Assembly (NCBI GenBank): GCA_964649085.1
Contig: CAZYPN010000026.1
Coordinates: forward strand, 28,971-92,970
DNA length: 64,000 nt
Source of the DNA: an uncultured Burkholderiales bacterium
Lineage (GTDB): Bacteria; Vulcanimicrobiota; Xenobia; Xenobiales; JADMJV01
Direction: 5' to 3'
Shown here one piece after another: positions 25,753 to 35,184 of the stretch (the stretch's first letter is position 1; each line of letters opens with the position of its first letter). Made by a program: the position numbers and the translations under genes. Below the pieces are notes generated by a model, which worked only from the letters and a program-made list of their open reading frames with translations, was not told the origin of the DNA and searched no databases.

Positions 25753-28700
25753 AGTTGCGCGGACTGAACAACTCGCCCACTTCGTCAAAGTTCAGCTCTT
25801 CTCCGCACAGCACGCGCGTGCGCTCGTCGAGCAGCACCGATCGCCCCAGCAAGTCGCTTTGCGACTGCACCTTGTGGGCTCTACGCACGCTGTCGCCTAT
25901 CACGGTAAACTGTTGCTGATCGCCGGCCCGCAAAATACCCACCGTCAGCAGCCCGCTACACAGCCCCGCCCCCACGTCAAACGACTCGTGCTCGCTCAGA
26001 TTCCAGCGCGAACGCAGCCGACTCACCACCTGCTCCAACTCCATGGCGGCTCGCACCGCTGCCAAGGCCGGCCGCGCCAGCGGGCGCAGCAGCCCGAACA
26101 CCACCAGTTGAGCGTCGCCCTGGTAGGTCAGCACCGACCCCCCGTGGCGCTCATAGCAGGCCACGGTTTCCTCGTGGTATTCGTTGAGTAACTCCAAAAT
26201 TTGCACCGGGCTGCGCCGTTCCGAAAGCGAGGTGTAGCCGCGGATGTCGGTCACCAGAATGGTGGCCTCGCCCACCCGGTCGGGGGTTTCTCCTCGCTGC
26301 ACCAGGTCCAGCACGATGCTGTCGGGCACAAAGCGCCGCAGGGCCGATACCGACATCAGCGTGCGTCCCAGCAACAGCAGAAGCCCGGCCAGCGCCACCG
26401 AGGTCACCGGCTCCTGGCTCAACACCCAGCCGGCGCGGGTCAGCCAGAAGTGCCCCAGCCAGGCCAATCCCAGCCCTGCCAGGCTGACCAGGGTCAGCTC
26501 GGCAAAGCGGCGAGCCTTCATTCCCAGACCGGCCACCAGAGCGCAGGCCAACCCGGCCAGCAGCGTTCCCCAGCGACTTTCCCGCAGGTCCTGTGGAGGG
26601 CGCGGTGCCAGCAAAGTTTCCAGCAGCTGGGCGTGCACTTCGGCTCCCTTCATCGGGCCCACCGGTGTGTCAAAACGGTCGCTCTCTCCGGGCATCGCGT
26701 CGCCCACCATCACCACCGCGCCCTGCAGGGGCGGCAGCGGTTCCTCCAGCAGCCGGGCGTAGGAATAGCGCAGCCGCCTGGGGCGCTGCCAGCGCACCAG
26801 GCACTGTTCGGGCAGCCTTTGCGATCCCAGTTGTAGGGGCGGGCCAGGGTGCAGGGGCTGTCGCTGCAGCTGGGCGGCCACGGCCAGGGCCGCCGCCGGA
26901 TAGGCGGGGTTCAGCTCCCGATATACCAGGGCCAGCGAGCGCAGGCGCCCCTCCTGGTCCTCCATGCGGCTGTGAATCAAGCCCACCTGCATTCGCTCCC
27001 GCAGCTGGGCCACGTCCAGTCCCGGCAGCAGTGATGGTGGCTCTACCTCCGAACTGCCGGCCCTGCGCCGGGCGGCACCGGCCAGCACCACCCGGGGAAA
27101 CTTCTGAACCGCCTCGGCCAGAGCTCGATCCTCGTCGGTCGAGTTCGAGGCGGTGTCGAACAAAATGTCGTAGAAGACGCAGCCCACCCCGGCCCGTTCC
27201 AGGTTGGCCAGCACCCGGGCGTGCAGGTTGCGAGGCCAGGGCCAGCGGTGCACCTCCAGGCAGGCCTCGTCAATGCCGGCCAGCACCACCCTGGTGGCTA
27301 TGGGTGCCCGGCTGTGCAGCAGGGGTCGGTCCCAGAGCCAGCCGCTCAGCCAGGGAATCGGGCCCAGCAACCAGGCCGCCCCGGTGGCCAACGTGGCCAC
27401 CGCCAGTGTGGCTCGAGGGGCGCCCCGCCCCCAGGAACGCGGCCGCCCGTCGGAAGTGCGGCGGGGCTGGCGCCTGACCAGCGCCTGGCGAGCCTCGAAT
27501 ACCGGCACAGGCTCGGCCTTGCCTTTCAGCACCAGAGGTTCCAGCGCTTCGGCCTCCACCCGAATCCCGGCCTGCTCGCGGGTCCGCTCGGAAATCAATA
27601 CGCCCTTGCCCAGCTTGCGGGCCGCGCCCATCAGGCGAGCGGCGGTGTTGGTGGTGTCGCCGATGGCTGCAGCCGCCTTCAAACCGCTGGCTCCTACCTC
27701 TCCCCAGGCCACCGGGCCAGTGCACACGCCGCAATGAATGGCCTCGGGTGGCGCCTCCCAACTTTGCATCAGTTCGGGCACCCGGCGACACAGATCCAGC
27801 CCGGCTGCCACCGCCCTCAGGGCGTGGGCCTGGCGGGGGTGCAGTGTGCCAAACCCCACCATCTGGGCGTCTCCTTGCTGATCGAGTATCAGCCCCTGAT
27901 GGGGCAACAGCACCTCGCCCAGCAATTGGGAATACTCGCGGCGCAGGCGCGAGGCCCGATGATGGTCCGACTTTTCCAAGTCGAGCAGAAACTGGGGCAG
28001 CATCGTAAAGAGAATGCTGGCTTCGCGCATTTCGCCGTCTTTGGACTCCGGTTCGGGCGTGGAGAAGGCCTGTACCAGTCGGGCTGCCAGCGGGCCTTGC
28101 AGCATCAATCCGGTCACCAGCGCCCCCAGCGAGCCCAGCCACACCGGTACCACCGCCCCCACCAGGCCCCGTCGCGCCAGTTCCAGTTGCAGCAGGGCCC
28201 AGAGTCCCAGGCTCAGCAGCCAGACCAGGCCGGCCCCGGCCGGTTGCAGTCGCGACAGCAGCCCGCACAGCCCGGCCAGCCAGGCCGCTCCCAGGGCCAG
28301 TTGGAAGGCCAGCGGTAAAGGTTTCCAGCCATGGCCACTCAGCAGGCTGTCCCACAGGCTGCCCAGCAGTTCCAGGCGGGCCATGCTGCCGGTGGGGGTT
28401 TTGCGGTCCACCTGCTCGGCGCTCTGCAAGTAGCTACCCAGCACCACCACCTTACCTTTCAGGTGCTCGGGGTTCTGAGCGGCTGCCAGCAGCGGGATGG
28501 GTGCCAGGCGAAAGACCCCGGTGGGCCCGCTCACCATGGCCTCGGTTTCGGCGAAGTGAAACAGCGGATAGAAGCGCCCCTGGCGGTCCAGCGGCAATAC
28601 CAGGCGGTCCACGGGGGTGCCCTTCACCCGCGCCAGTTCGCTCATCAGGGACGTGGGCCGACCCTGGCGTAGCAACTGAAACCGGCGCACCACCCCGTCC

Positions 28701-28984
28701 GGCTCGAGAAGGGCCTCGTCCAGCGCGTCGGGCATCACCACCCTGGCTCCGGCGCTTTCCAGGAAGCCTCGAAACTCTTCCAGTTCGGCCTTGCCCAGCC
28801 CGGCACGGGCCGAGTCCTCGTCAAGACCCACCAGCACCAGTTGATCCACCAGAGGTCGGTCCTGCCAGTGGCGCACCAGTCGTTGGCGCACATCGTAGCT
28901 GGCCCATTCCAGGCTGCGGCCCAGGCCCAGCTGGCCCAGCAGCAGGCCCAACAGTGCCGCAAACAAGCGCAGTCGCAGGGCCAC
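25751..28984 (-). CDS. Membrane signalling protein: two consecutive CHASE2 sensor + class III adenylate/guanylate cyclase (CHD) modules in one 1077-aa polypeptide
   Basis: Two CHD-like regions (GDAQMVGFG...TNTAARLMG and YQGDAQLVVFG...GDSVRRAHKVQS) each preceded by a TM-flanked extracytoplasmic region; GTG start with GAGGG SD. Confidence 0.75.
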   Translation of the reverse strand: MALRLRLFAALLGLLLGQLGLGRSLEWASYDVRQRLVRHWQDRPLVDQLVLVGLDEDSARAGLGKAELEEFRGFLESAGARVVMPDALDEALLEPDGVVRRFQLLRQGRPTSLMSELARVKGTPVDRLVLPLDRQGRFYPLFHFAETEAMVSGPTGVFRLAPIPLLAAAQNPEHLKGKVVVLGSYLQSAEQVDRKTPTGSMARLELLGSLWDSLLSGHGWKPLPLAFQLALGAAWLAGLCGLLSRLQPAGAGLVWLLSLGLWALLQLELARRGLVGAVVPVWLGSLGALVTGLMLQGPLAARLVQAFSTPEPESKDGEMREASILFTMLPQFLLDLEKSDHHRASRLRREYSQLLGEVLLPHQGLILDQQGDAQMVGFGTLHPRQAHALRAVAAGLDLCRRVPELMQSWEAPPEAIHCGVCTGPVAWGEVGASGLKAAAAIGDTTNTAARLMGAARKLGKGVLISERTREQAGIRVEAEALEPLVLKGKAEPVPVFEARQALVRRQPRRTSDGRPRSWGRGAPRATLAVATLATGAAWLLGPIPWLSGWLWDRPLLHSRAPIATRVVLAGIDEACLEVHRWPWPRNLHARVLANLERAGVGCVFYDILFDTASNSTDEDRALAEAVQKFPRVVLAGAARRRAGSSEVEPPSLLPGLDVAQLRERMQVGLIHSRMEDQEGRLRSLALVYRELNPAYPAAALAVAAQLQRQPLHPGPPLQLGSQRLPEQCLVRWQRPRRLRYSYARLLEEPLPPLQGAVVMVGDAMPGESDRFDTPVGPMKGAEVHAQLLETLLAPRPPQDLRESRWGTLLAGLACALVAGLGMKARRFAELTLVSLAGLGLAWLGHFWLTRAGWVLSQEPVTSVALAGLLLLLGRTLMSVSALRRFVPDSIVLDLVQRGETPDRVGEATILVTDIRGYTSLSERRSPVQILELLNEYHEETVACYERHGGSVLTYQGDAQLVVFGLLRPLARPALAAVRAAMELEQVVSRLRSRWNLSEHESFDVGAGLCSGLLTVGILRAGDQQQFTVIGDSVRRAHKVQSQSDLLGRSVLLDERTRVLCGEELNFDEVGELFSPRN

Positions 28985-30024
28985 TAAGGCACCCTCAGTT
29001 GGCCCTCCAGCGGACGTCCCTGGGGCTGCCCCTGACTGTCTACAGGCCAGGCTCGCCAGCGATAGGTGCCCGACTCCAGCGGGCGCGCATCGGACGGATA
29101 GTCTACCTCGCCCTGGTTCGTCCGGGCGCTCCAGTAGAGCTCGCGTTCAAAGGAATCGCCGCGGGTCAGCAGCAGCTGATAGCCTCCGGTGGCAGGAGCA
29201 GGCAGCGAAAAGTGAGGGCGCCCTCCCACCAGCCAGGCCGAGGCGCCGGTGCGCATCTGCGTTCCTCGGTTGCTGTTCGACCCCCTCAGTCCACCCAGGC
29301 TCTGCAGCAGGCTGTCGCGAGTGGTGTAGGCCGCCTGCCTCAACTCGTCGGCCGTGGTCAACATATCCTGGCGAAAGGCCTGCATCTGCTGACGGGTTTC
29401 AAACAGCTGCTGACGCATGTCAAACAACTGCTCGCCCAGTTCTGCGCGCAGTCGCTTCAGCAATTCTTCGGTCGAGCGCAATTCGGCCACCAGCGGACGC
29501 CCCGCTCCAAAGACCACGTCGGCTCCGGGCACGGCCTCATAGGCCTCTCCCTGATCGGGCTGCACGACCACTTCGCCTTCCAGCAGGGCCAGACGGGTCT
29601 CGCCGCTCTCCTGTACCGACACGACGAATTCGGTGCCCTTGATGGCCATCACCCCACCGGCGGTCTTCACCTTGAGGTCTTTCTTCTGCTTGTCCACTTT
29701 GGCCCAGAGCGTGCCCGACTTTACCAGCAGGGTATTGCCCACCACCTGCACATCGCGGTCGCCTACGATTTCAATTTCCGAGCCCTGAGCCAGGTTGGCC
29801 ACCCCGCCCAGATGAAAGCGCAAAGTGGCCCGCGTTTGCGCATCGGTCTTCAGGTGCTGCCCCTTGAAGTTGTCCATGTCGACAAAGGCTCGATACCAGT
29901 CGGACTTGCCAGCGTTGTGATACATCAGATTGCCGGCTCCCGCCAGGCTCTCCACCTTGCCCACTGCCGTGGGTTCGCTCCAGGCCGCCACGGCCAACCC
30001 AAGCCACAGGATCCAGGTTCGCAT
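28984..30024 (-). CDS. Secreted FecR-domain protein with a distinctive C-terminal domain
   Basis: Signal peptide MRTWILWLGLAVAAW; FecR-like beta-sandwich LWAKVDKQKKDLKVKTAGGVMAIKGTEFVV; GGGGG SD; stop overlaps the cyclase gene start. Confidence 0.7.
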   Translation of the reverse strand: MRTWILWLGLAVAAWSEPTAVGKVESLAGAGNLMYHNAGKSDWYRAFVDMDNFKGQHLKTDAQTRATLRFHLGGVANLAQGSEIEIVGDRDVQVVGNTLLVKSGTLWAKVDKQKKDLKVKTAGGVMAIKGTEFVVSVQESGETRLALLEGEVVVQPDQGEAYEAVPGADVVFGAGRPLVAELRSTEELLKRLRAELGEQLFDMRQQLFETRQQMQAFRQDMLTTADELRQAAYTTRDSLLQSLGGLRGSNSNRGTQMRTGASAWLVGGRPHFSLPAPATGGYQLLLTRGDSFERELYWSARTNQGEVDYPSDARPLESGTYRWRAWPVDSQGQPQGRPLEGQLRVP

Positions 30025-30090
30025 GTTCCAACCCCCTTTGGGGGTAGCTACGCCTTTCACGGCTTGTCTCCTACGGGTATAATCAACCCC

Positions 30091-31092
30091 ATGGGTTATG
30101 GCCTCCTCAACGACGTCTTGTTCAAAATCGTCTTCGGTAGCCCCAGTAGCGAGCCCGTTCTTCGGGCGCTTTTGAATGCGCTGCTCGGCTACACTGGAGA
30201 GGACAAGATCGCCGAGTTGCAGATCCAGAACCCTTCGTTCGACAAAGAGTTTGTGCACGAGAAGGGTTCCATTCTCGACATCAAGGCTCGAGATCGGAAG
30301 GATCAGCTTTACAATATCGAGGTTCAGCTCACGCCTGGCTATCCCGATGACTACCTGAAACGTTCCGTCTACTACCTGACCAAGCTATTTTGTGAGCAAC
30401 TTGAGCGGGGCCAGCCCTACAGCAGCCTGAATCGAACTATAAGCATTTCGTTGCTTGATTTTGTGCTGTTTCCCGAGACTACAGAACTCCACAGCCGATT
30501 TTCTCTCTACGAAAAGGACCGTCAACAACGACTGACCGATGTCATCGAGCTGCACTATATTGAGCTCAAGAAATTTTCACCCAACAAGCCTCATCATTTG
30601 CTGACACCGTTCGAAAGGTGGCTTTACATTCTGAAGTTCTCCGACCTTTATGAATCCGAACCCTTACCCCAAAATCTGCTGCAGGAAGAAGGTATCTCCA
30701 TGGCCATCGATTCTATGAAACGGGCCTATGCGACCGACGAGATCCGCGAAATGATCCTCGCTCGTGAAAAGGCCCATCGCGACCTTGTGAGTTTGCGCGC
30801 GAGCGCCATCCGGGAGGGTCACGAACTGGGTCGCGCTGAGGGTCGCGCTGAGGGTCGCGCTGAGGGTCGCGAGGAGGGTCGCGAGGAGGGTCGCGAGGAG
30901 GGTCGCGAGGAGGGTCGTCGCTCAGGGCTTCAGGCGGGATTGGCTTTGGCCCTGGATCTTCGATTCGGAGAGTCCGGGGCTTACTTGAAGCCATTGACGT
31001 TGGCCGCCACGGTACCACAACTCGAGGCCGCCCTGGCTGCCTTACCCCAGGCCACCACGCCCGCGGAACTCGAGGCCCTGTTGAAAAGCTGA
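30091..31092 (+). CDS. Rpn/YhgA-like PD-(D/E)XK nuclease family putative transposase (TIGR01784-type)
   Basis: Family-typical MGYGLLNDVLFKIVFG start; C-terminal GRAEG/GREEG repeats; about 50% GC against about 67% around it; TATAAT 8 nt upstream of the ATG. Confidence 0.75.
   Translation: MGYGLLNDVLFKIVFGSPSSEPVLRALLNALLGYTGEDKIAELQIQNPSFDKEFVHEKGSILDIKARDRKDQLYNIEVQLTPGYPDDYLKRSVYYLTKLFCEQLERGQPYSSLNRTISISLLDFVLFPETTELHSRFSLYEKDRQQRLTDVIELHYIELKKFSPNKPHHLLTPFERWLYILKFSDLYESEPLPQNLLQEEGISMAIDSMKRAYATDEIREMILAREKAHRDLVSLRASAIREGHELGRAEGRAEGRAEGREEGREEGREEGREEGRRSGLQAGLALALDLRFGESGAYLKPLTLAATVPQLEAALAALPQATTPAELEALLKS
30828..30918. repeat. About 7.5 tandem copies of a 12-bp unit ggtcgcgMKgag (GRAEG/GREEG codons) inside the Rpn-like gene
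   Basis: Directly visible. Confidence 0.9.
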
Positions 31093-31102
31093 GGAAGGGG
31101 CC

Positions 31103-31804
31103 ATGTCCTCGCTGGTCGGTAGGCAGCAACTGCAGCAGGCCTGGGCCCTGAGCCTGGAACAGCCCGAGTGGGCTGACTTGCTGCGCAGCGAACTGGAGTT
31201 CCTTGGCCAGGACTCGTTGCTCAGCCGCCTGGGCCAGGGCTCGGGCGAGGCCTGGCGACAGCTTGCGCGCTACCTGCGTTCGGGTCGATATAGCCTTGAG
31301 CAGGCTCGGTCCCAGGCTCTCGTATACCTGAATCCCCCGTCTGAATTTGTCGAAGCCTGGCAGCGGCGCCAGCGCTACCAGTTTACGCCCCGGCCGCTCA
31401 AAGTCGACGGCTGGCTCTACCGACTTCCCCAGCCCAGAGCCGAGTCGCTCGAGGGCATGCAGCGGGTGGTCAACCTGCGCCAGGAGTGCGAACGAAGCAA
31501 AGAGCTCTGTCAAGAACTGGGTCTGGAATACCACTGGCTGCCGGTGCCCGACATGCAAACCCCTCGACTCGACCAGGTGCTCACCTTTTTGGCCTTGTTC
31601 CATCAACCCCGGATTACGCTGGTGCACTGTTACGCCGGTCAGGGCCGCACCGGGCTGTTCGTGGCCTGCTATCGCATCTGGCGCGGCCTGCAAGTGGAAC
31701 AGGCCATCACCCTCACCGACCGCGAAATCGGTTCACGCGGCATGCGCGAACATCAGCGCCAGTGGGTGCGCGAGCATGCCGATCAACTGCAACCAACCCC
31801 CTGA
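31103..31804 (+). CDS. Dual-specificity / tyrosine protein phosphatase (CX5R P-loop)
   Basis: VHCYAGQGRTG signature; GAGGAAGGGG SD. Confidence 0.75.
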   Translation: MSSLVGRQQLQQAWALSLEQPEWADLLRSELEFLGQDSLLSRLGQGSGEAWRQLARYLRSGRYSLEQARSQALVYLNPPSEFVEAWQRRQRYQFTPRPLKVDGWLYRLPQPRAESLEGMQRVVNLRQECERSKELCQELGLEYHWLPVPDMQTPRLDQVLTFLALFHQPRITLVHCYAGQGRTGLFVACYRIWRGLQVEQAITLTDREIGSRGMREHQRQWVREHADQLQPTP

Positions 31805-31844
31805 GGGGGCAGGGGAAAGTCCTTTCGTCACTAAGCCAGCCTTG

Positions 31845-33584
31845 ATGGAGTTGCCCCGGGTCACCGAGCCCATCTCAGCCCCCGCCACCCTGCAGACCAT
31901 CGTCGAAGAGTACAATGCCCAGCCCGCCGCCGGCCTGCTTCGCGACGCACTCGGCTACCTGGCGCGTTACTACACCGGCGTGTGCGTCGCGGCGTGTCGC
32001 GAACTCGACTGTTTACCCGGCGAGGTCGCCCAGAACTGGTCTGGGCCGCCTTCTATCGAGCTTTCCCTGCCCATCCTGCATAACTGTCTGGAGCGCCTGC
32101 GCCCCTGTGAACAACGCCTGGCTCGCAAGCTGGTTCAGGTGTTTTACGAGCAGGATGGCCAGCTGCGCTCGTTTGCTCTGAGCTGCTTTGGCAGCTCGGA
32201 GTTTCAGGTCGCCGACTTTTGCAGCACGGCCCGCGATCAGGTCGAAAGCGCCCCCCAGGAGCACTTGGAGACGGCGGCACGTCTCGTCGACACCTGGATT
32301 TCAGCTTCTTTCAGTTTCTTTCTCGAGGCCGAACACCGCCTCGAAACCGGACCCTACTTCGGTCAGCTCGAGCAGGTGGTCTGTTTCGAGCAGTACACGC
32401 TGCGCAGTGGACTTACGATGCGCGTCCACGAAAGCCGCGGCCTGGCTCCACTGCCGGCCCTGGCGCCCGATTCCGTTGCCTTGGAGAGCGAACCCGTCCC
32501 TCAACTCGAGCCTCAGCCGGTGCCCACGGCTGGCGAGGCACCTGCCCTCGAGCCTCCCCGGCCGGTCGCGGCCGAGTCGCTGATCAAGTTTCTCGAAGAC
32601 AAGCAGCGCCATGTTCCGGCCGGGCCCGTTCGCTCGGCTCCGGTCGTCCCGTCCGATCAGGCGCCGCGCCTGGAGGTGCGGCTCGAGCCACTCGGCTTCG
32701 CCCGCAACAGTCGAGGCAAAATCGGCTATGGCGGTTTTCTTTGGGTAGAGTCCAACGACGGCGACCCCATCACCGGAACCGTCACGGCCACCGGGGGAAC
32801 GGTCGACATTACTCCACCCGTGTTCGAAGGGGCCACGACCCGCATCTCCTACTGGGTTCATCCCGACGACGTGGCCTCGTCTAAGCATTACCTGAAGGTC
32901 AGCGCCGACGGCGAAAGTCGCATGTACGGCCTGTGGCGGCTGGCCCCCCCCAGTCGGTTCGAGTCGTTTACGCGCAGAAGGCTGGCCGGGCTGTTGCTGC
33001 TGCCTGGCTTGATCGGCGTGCTCTATTCTGCCTGGATTTTGTTCATCACCGAGCGCACGGTAGAGCGCCAGGTGCGGGCCATGTTGGGCAACTACGCCAG
33101 TGAGTATCTCAACCCCGAGCAACCCCTTTCTCTGAAGCAGGCCGGCATCGGCCAGCTCGACGTCACCTTCAAGCCGCAGATGGAATCGGCTGCATTGATT
33201 TTTCTGCTGGCCGCCTGGGCCACGCCGGTGGTGGTGGCCAGGCTCTATGCGCGCTATCCTCGCCGCGATCAGCGGCCGCTGGTGCTCTTCTTCATGTTGG
33301 GATGTTGTTTGCCCCTGTTGGGCTACCTGGCCCTGTGGAACACGCCGCTGACTCAGGGCGTGCTCACCCTCCATCCCGAGCTGGCCCAGATCGATTTTCG
33401 GCGCAGCTTCCTGGCTTTTGCCGCCCTCAACCTCGGCACGTCCCTCTACGTGGTGCTCTCGGTGGCTGGCTTCTTTCACCGCGTGCTCAACGAACTGGGG
33501 CGATTTGCCCTGGCCTCGCTGGGTGTGGCGGGGGTGGTGCTGGTCATCCTCTTGCAGGTCTACGGACTGTCGTGGTTTAGTTAG
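31845..33584 (+). CDS. Hypothetical membrane protein (soluble N-terminus, Pro/Glu linker, C-terminal multi-TM)
   Basis: Chosen over the antisense ORF 32301..33479; the 5' part of the track ORF from 31347 overlaps the phosphatase gene and is rejected. Confidence 0.5.
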   Translation: MELPRVTEPISAPATLQTIVEEYNAQPAAGLLRDALGYLARYYTGVCVAACRELDCLPGEVAQNWSGPPSIELSLPILHNCLERLRPCEQRLARKLVQVFYEQDGQLRSFALSCFGSSEFQVADFCSTARDQVESAPQEHLETAARLVDTWISASFSFFLEAEHRLETGPYFGQLEQVVCFEQYTLRSGLTMRVHESRGLAPLPALAPDSVALESEPVPQLEPQPVPTAGEAPALEPPRPVAAESLIKFLEDKQRHVPAGPVRSAPVVPSDQAPRLEVRLEPLGFARNSRGKIGYGGFLWVESNDGDPITGTVTATGGTVDITPPVFEGATTRISYWVHPDDVASSKHYLKVSADGESRMYGLWRLAPPSRFESFTRRRLAGLLLLPGLIGVLYSAWILFITERTVERQVRAMLGNYASEYLNPEQPLSLKQAGIGQLDVTFKPQMESAALIFLLAAWATPVVVARLYARYPRRDQRPLVLFFMLGCCLPLLGYLALWNTPLTQGVLTLHPELAQIDFRRSFLAFAALNLGTSLYVVLSVAGFFHRVLNELGRFALASLGVAGVVLVILLQVYGLSWFS

Positions 33585-33589
33585 CCCCT

Positions 33590-33922
33590 ATGCGAACCAA
33601 ACAACCGGTCGATGTCCAGCTGCTTGAGGGGGTCCTTGAGATTCGCTGGAGTGACGGCCTTACCAGCCAGCATTCCATGGAGATTCTGCGGCGTCATTGC
33701 CCCTGCGCCACCTGCCGCACCGAGCGCGAGAAAATGCAGGGAGCCAGGGGGCTTTCCAGCCTGCGGGTCATCCAGTCGTCCACCCCGGCCGTGGCCGAGG
33801 CGCGCATTCTGCAGGTCACCCCCGTGGGGCGCTACGCCCTATCCTTTCGCTGGAACGACGGCCACCAGACCGGCATCTACTCCTACGAATTCCTGCTCGA
33901 GCATCAGTTGCCGTTGAAGTGA
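33590..33922 (+). CDS. DUF971-family small protein (CPCAxC zinc motif)
   Basis: RRHCPCATCRTE motif and about 110 aa size typical of DUF971. Confidence 0.65.
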   Translation: MRTKQPVDVQLLEGVLEIRWSDGLTSQHSMEILRRHCPCATCRTEREKMQGARGLSSLRVIQSSTPAVAEARILQVTPVGRYALSFRWNDGHQTGIYSYEFLLEHQLPLK

Positions 33923-35061
33923 GTGTAGGCCAGGTAGCCCACGCCGGTGGCGATGCCCACCGCTACGGCGCCGCTGACCACCGGGTGCTCTTTGATAAAG
34001 CTGCCCACGTTGGCCGCCGCGCTTTTGCTGCCCTGGAAGGCCATACCGGCCAGATCGGCCACCTTGTCGGGCACCCCCGCGCGCTCGAGCAGCACACCGG
34101 TGGCCACGCCGGCCGAGGCCACCACCGTAGCGGCCAGCACGGGGTGCTCGTAGGCAAAGGCCTTGACGTCGTTCATCACGTTGTCCCAGGTCTTGCCGCT
34201 GTCTTTCTGATATTGCGAGATGGCCGCCATCACTTCGCGGTTGATCTCCTTGGCATCGGCGTCGGGGTTGGCCGCCAGGCGGTCTTCCAGCGACTTGAAG
34301 GTTCCCTCCAGTGCCTGGGCCTGCGCTCCTGTGGGTTTGGCCGGAACCGAACCTTCGGCCGTCACCACCTGGTGAATCAGGTAGGCCGTGCCGCCGGCCG
34401 CGGCCAGGGCAATGCCGGTGGCCAGTAGGGGGCGCTCTTTGGCGGCCTGATAGATTTTGGAAACCCCGCCCGAGATGCCGTCGCTCAAGCCCAGCTTCTC
34501 CAGGCCCACGCCCGAGGCCGTGCCCAGCGCAAACAGGCTGGTAATGGTCAAGGCCGGGTGGTCCTGCATCAGGTTGCGCAGGTCGTTGACCAATCCCGGG
34601 CCGTCCTTGCCCGACTCGCGGGCATAGGTCTTGGCTGCGTCCATAATCTGGCGCGTGATCTGCTCGGCCTGCAACTGACCGTCGCCCGCCTGCATGTCCT
34701 TCATCTGTCGCTCGATGTCGCCCAGCCGTGAAGAGAGCTGCTGGCGTGCCTCTTTCTGCACCTGGGTCTCCACCTGCTGGGTGCCCACCGGTTGCTTGGT
34801 GCAGCCCGTCAGTGCCATCACGCCCACCAGTCCGGCCATTCCCATCGTAGAGGCCCGCATCCACAACGGCATCGAGGCCAGCTTCACCGGCTTTTCGGCG
34901 CTTTTTTCGGGGGCCGACTGGCCCGGCTTCATCAGGTTCAGGGGGGCTTCCGAGCCGCCTACCTCCAGCCTGTCTTCGAGCCGATGCAGAGTGGGGATCG
35001 GGCCTTTCAGCGAAGGCTTTCCGGTCGTGGGGGACGGCTGCTGGCGGAGGGCTGAAATCAT
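33904..35061 (-). CDS. Membrane protein with four repeated ElaB/YqjD(DUF883)-like HP-x-(A/V)-Gly-zipper anchor modules
   Basis: Repeats QDHPALTITSLFALGTASGVGL / KERPLLATGIALAAAGGTAYLI / YEHPVLAATVVASAGVATGVLL / KEHPVVSGAVAVGIATGVGYLAY; GGGAG SD; antisense ORFs rejected. Confidence 0.5.
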   Translation of the reverse strand: MISALRQQPSPTTGKPSLKGPIPTLHRLEDRLEVGGSEAPLNLMKPGQSAPEKSAEKPVKLASMPLWMRASTMGMAGLVGVMALTGCTKQPVGTQQVETQVQKEARQQLSSRLGDIERQMKDMQAGDGQLQAEQITRQIMDAAKTYARESGKDGPGLVNDLRNLMQDHPALTITSLFALGTASGVGLEKLGLSDGISGGVSKIYQAAKERPLLATGIALAAAGGTAYLIHQVVTAEGSVPAKPTGAQAQALEGTFKSLEDRLAANPDADAKEINREVMAAISQYQKDSGKTWDNVMNDVKAFAYEHPVLAATVVASAGVATGVLLERAGVPDKVADLAGMAFQGSKSAAANVGSFIKEHPVVSGAVAVGIATGVGYLAYTHFNGN

Positions 35062-35184
35062 GACGAAGCTCCCAGAAAATGGATGCCGCCACTATGCCCG
35101 GTCCGGCTGAAAAAACTCTCAAAGGAGTTCTGGCCCCACCTGCTAAGGTGCCCATTTTCCTACACTGTTCGGAGGATAGCGAAG

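Noticed and set aside
26201-28433. Multiple long plus-strand and minus-strand alternative-frame ORFs inside the CHASE2-cyclase gene (e.g. 27221..28318, 27270..28355, 26593..27477)
   Set aside because: Extremely Arg/Pro/Gly/Ala-rich, overlapping each other in all frames. Only the 25751..28984 frame gives cyclase and TM features.
28501-30090. 5' portion of the 863-aa plus-strand ORF that precedes the Rpn-like gene
   Set aside because: Antisense to the FecR-domain gene, Pro/Arg/Gly-rich. Only the region from the ATG at 30091 has Rpn-family features and a promoter.
31347-31844. 5' portion of the 745-aa ORF overlapping the tyrosine phosphatase gene in another frame
   Set aside because: Overlaps a well-supported gene (CX5R phosphatase) out of frame. 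Composition Ser/Pro/Arg-rich. The real start is taken at 31845.
32301-35155. Minus-strand ORFs 32301..33479 and 33839..35155 and plus ORF 33697..34428
   Set aside because: Gly/Arg/Pro-rich antisense artefacts of the membrane-protein gene and of the ElaB-like repeat gene. No RBS or motifs.
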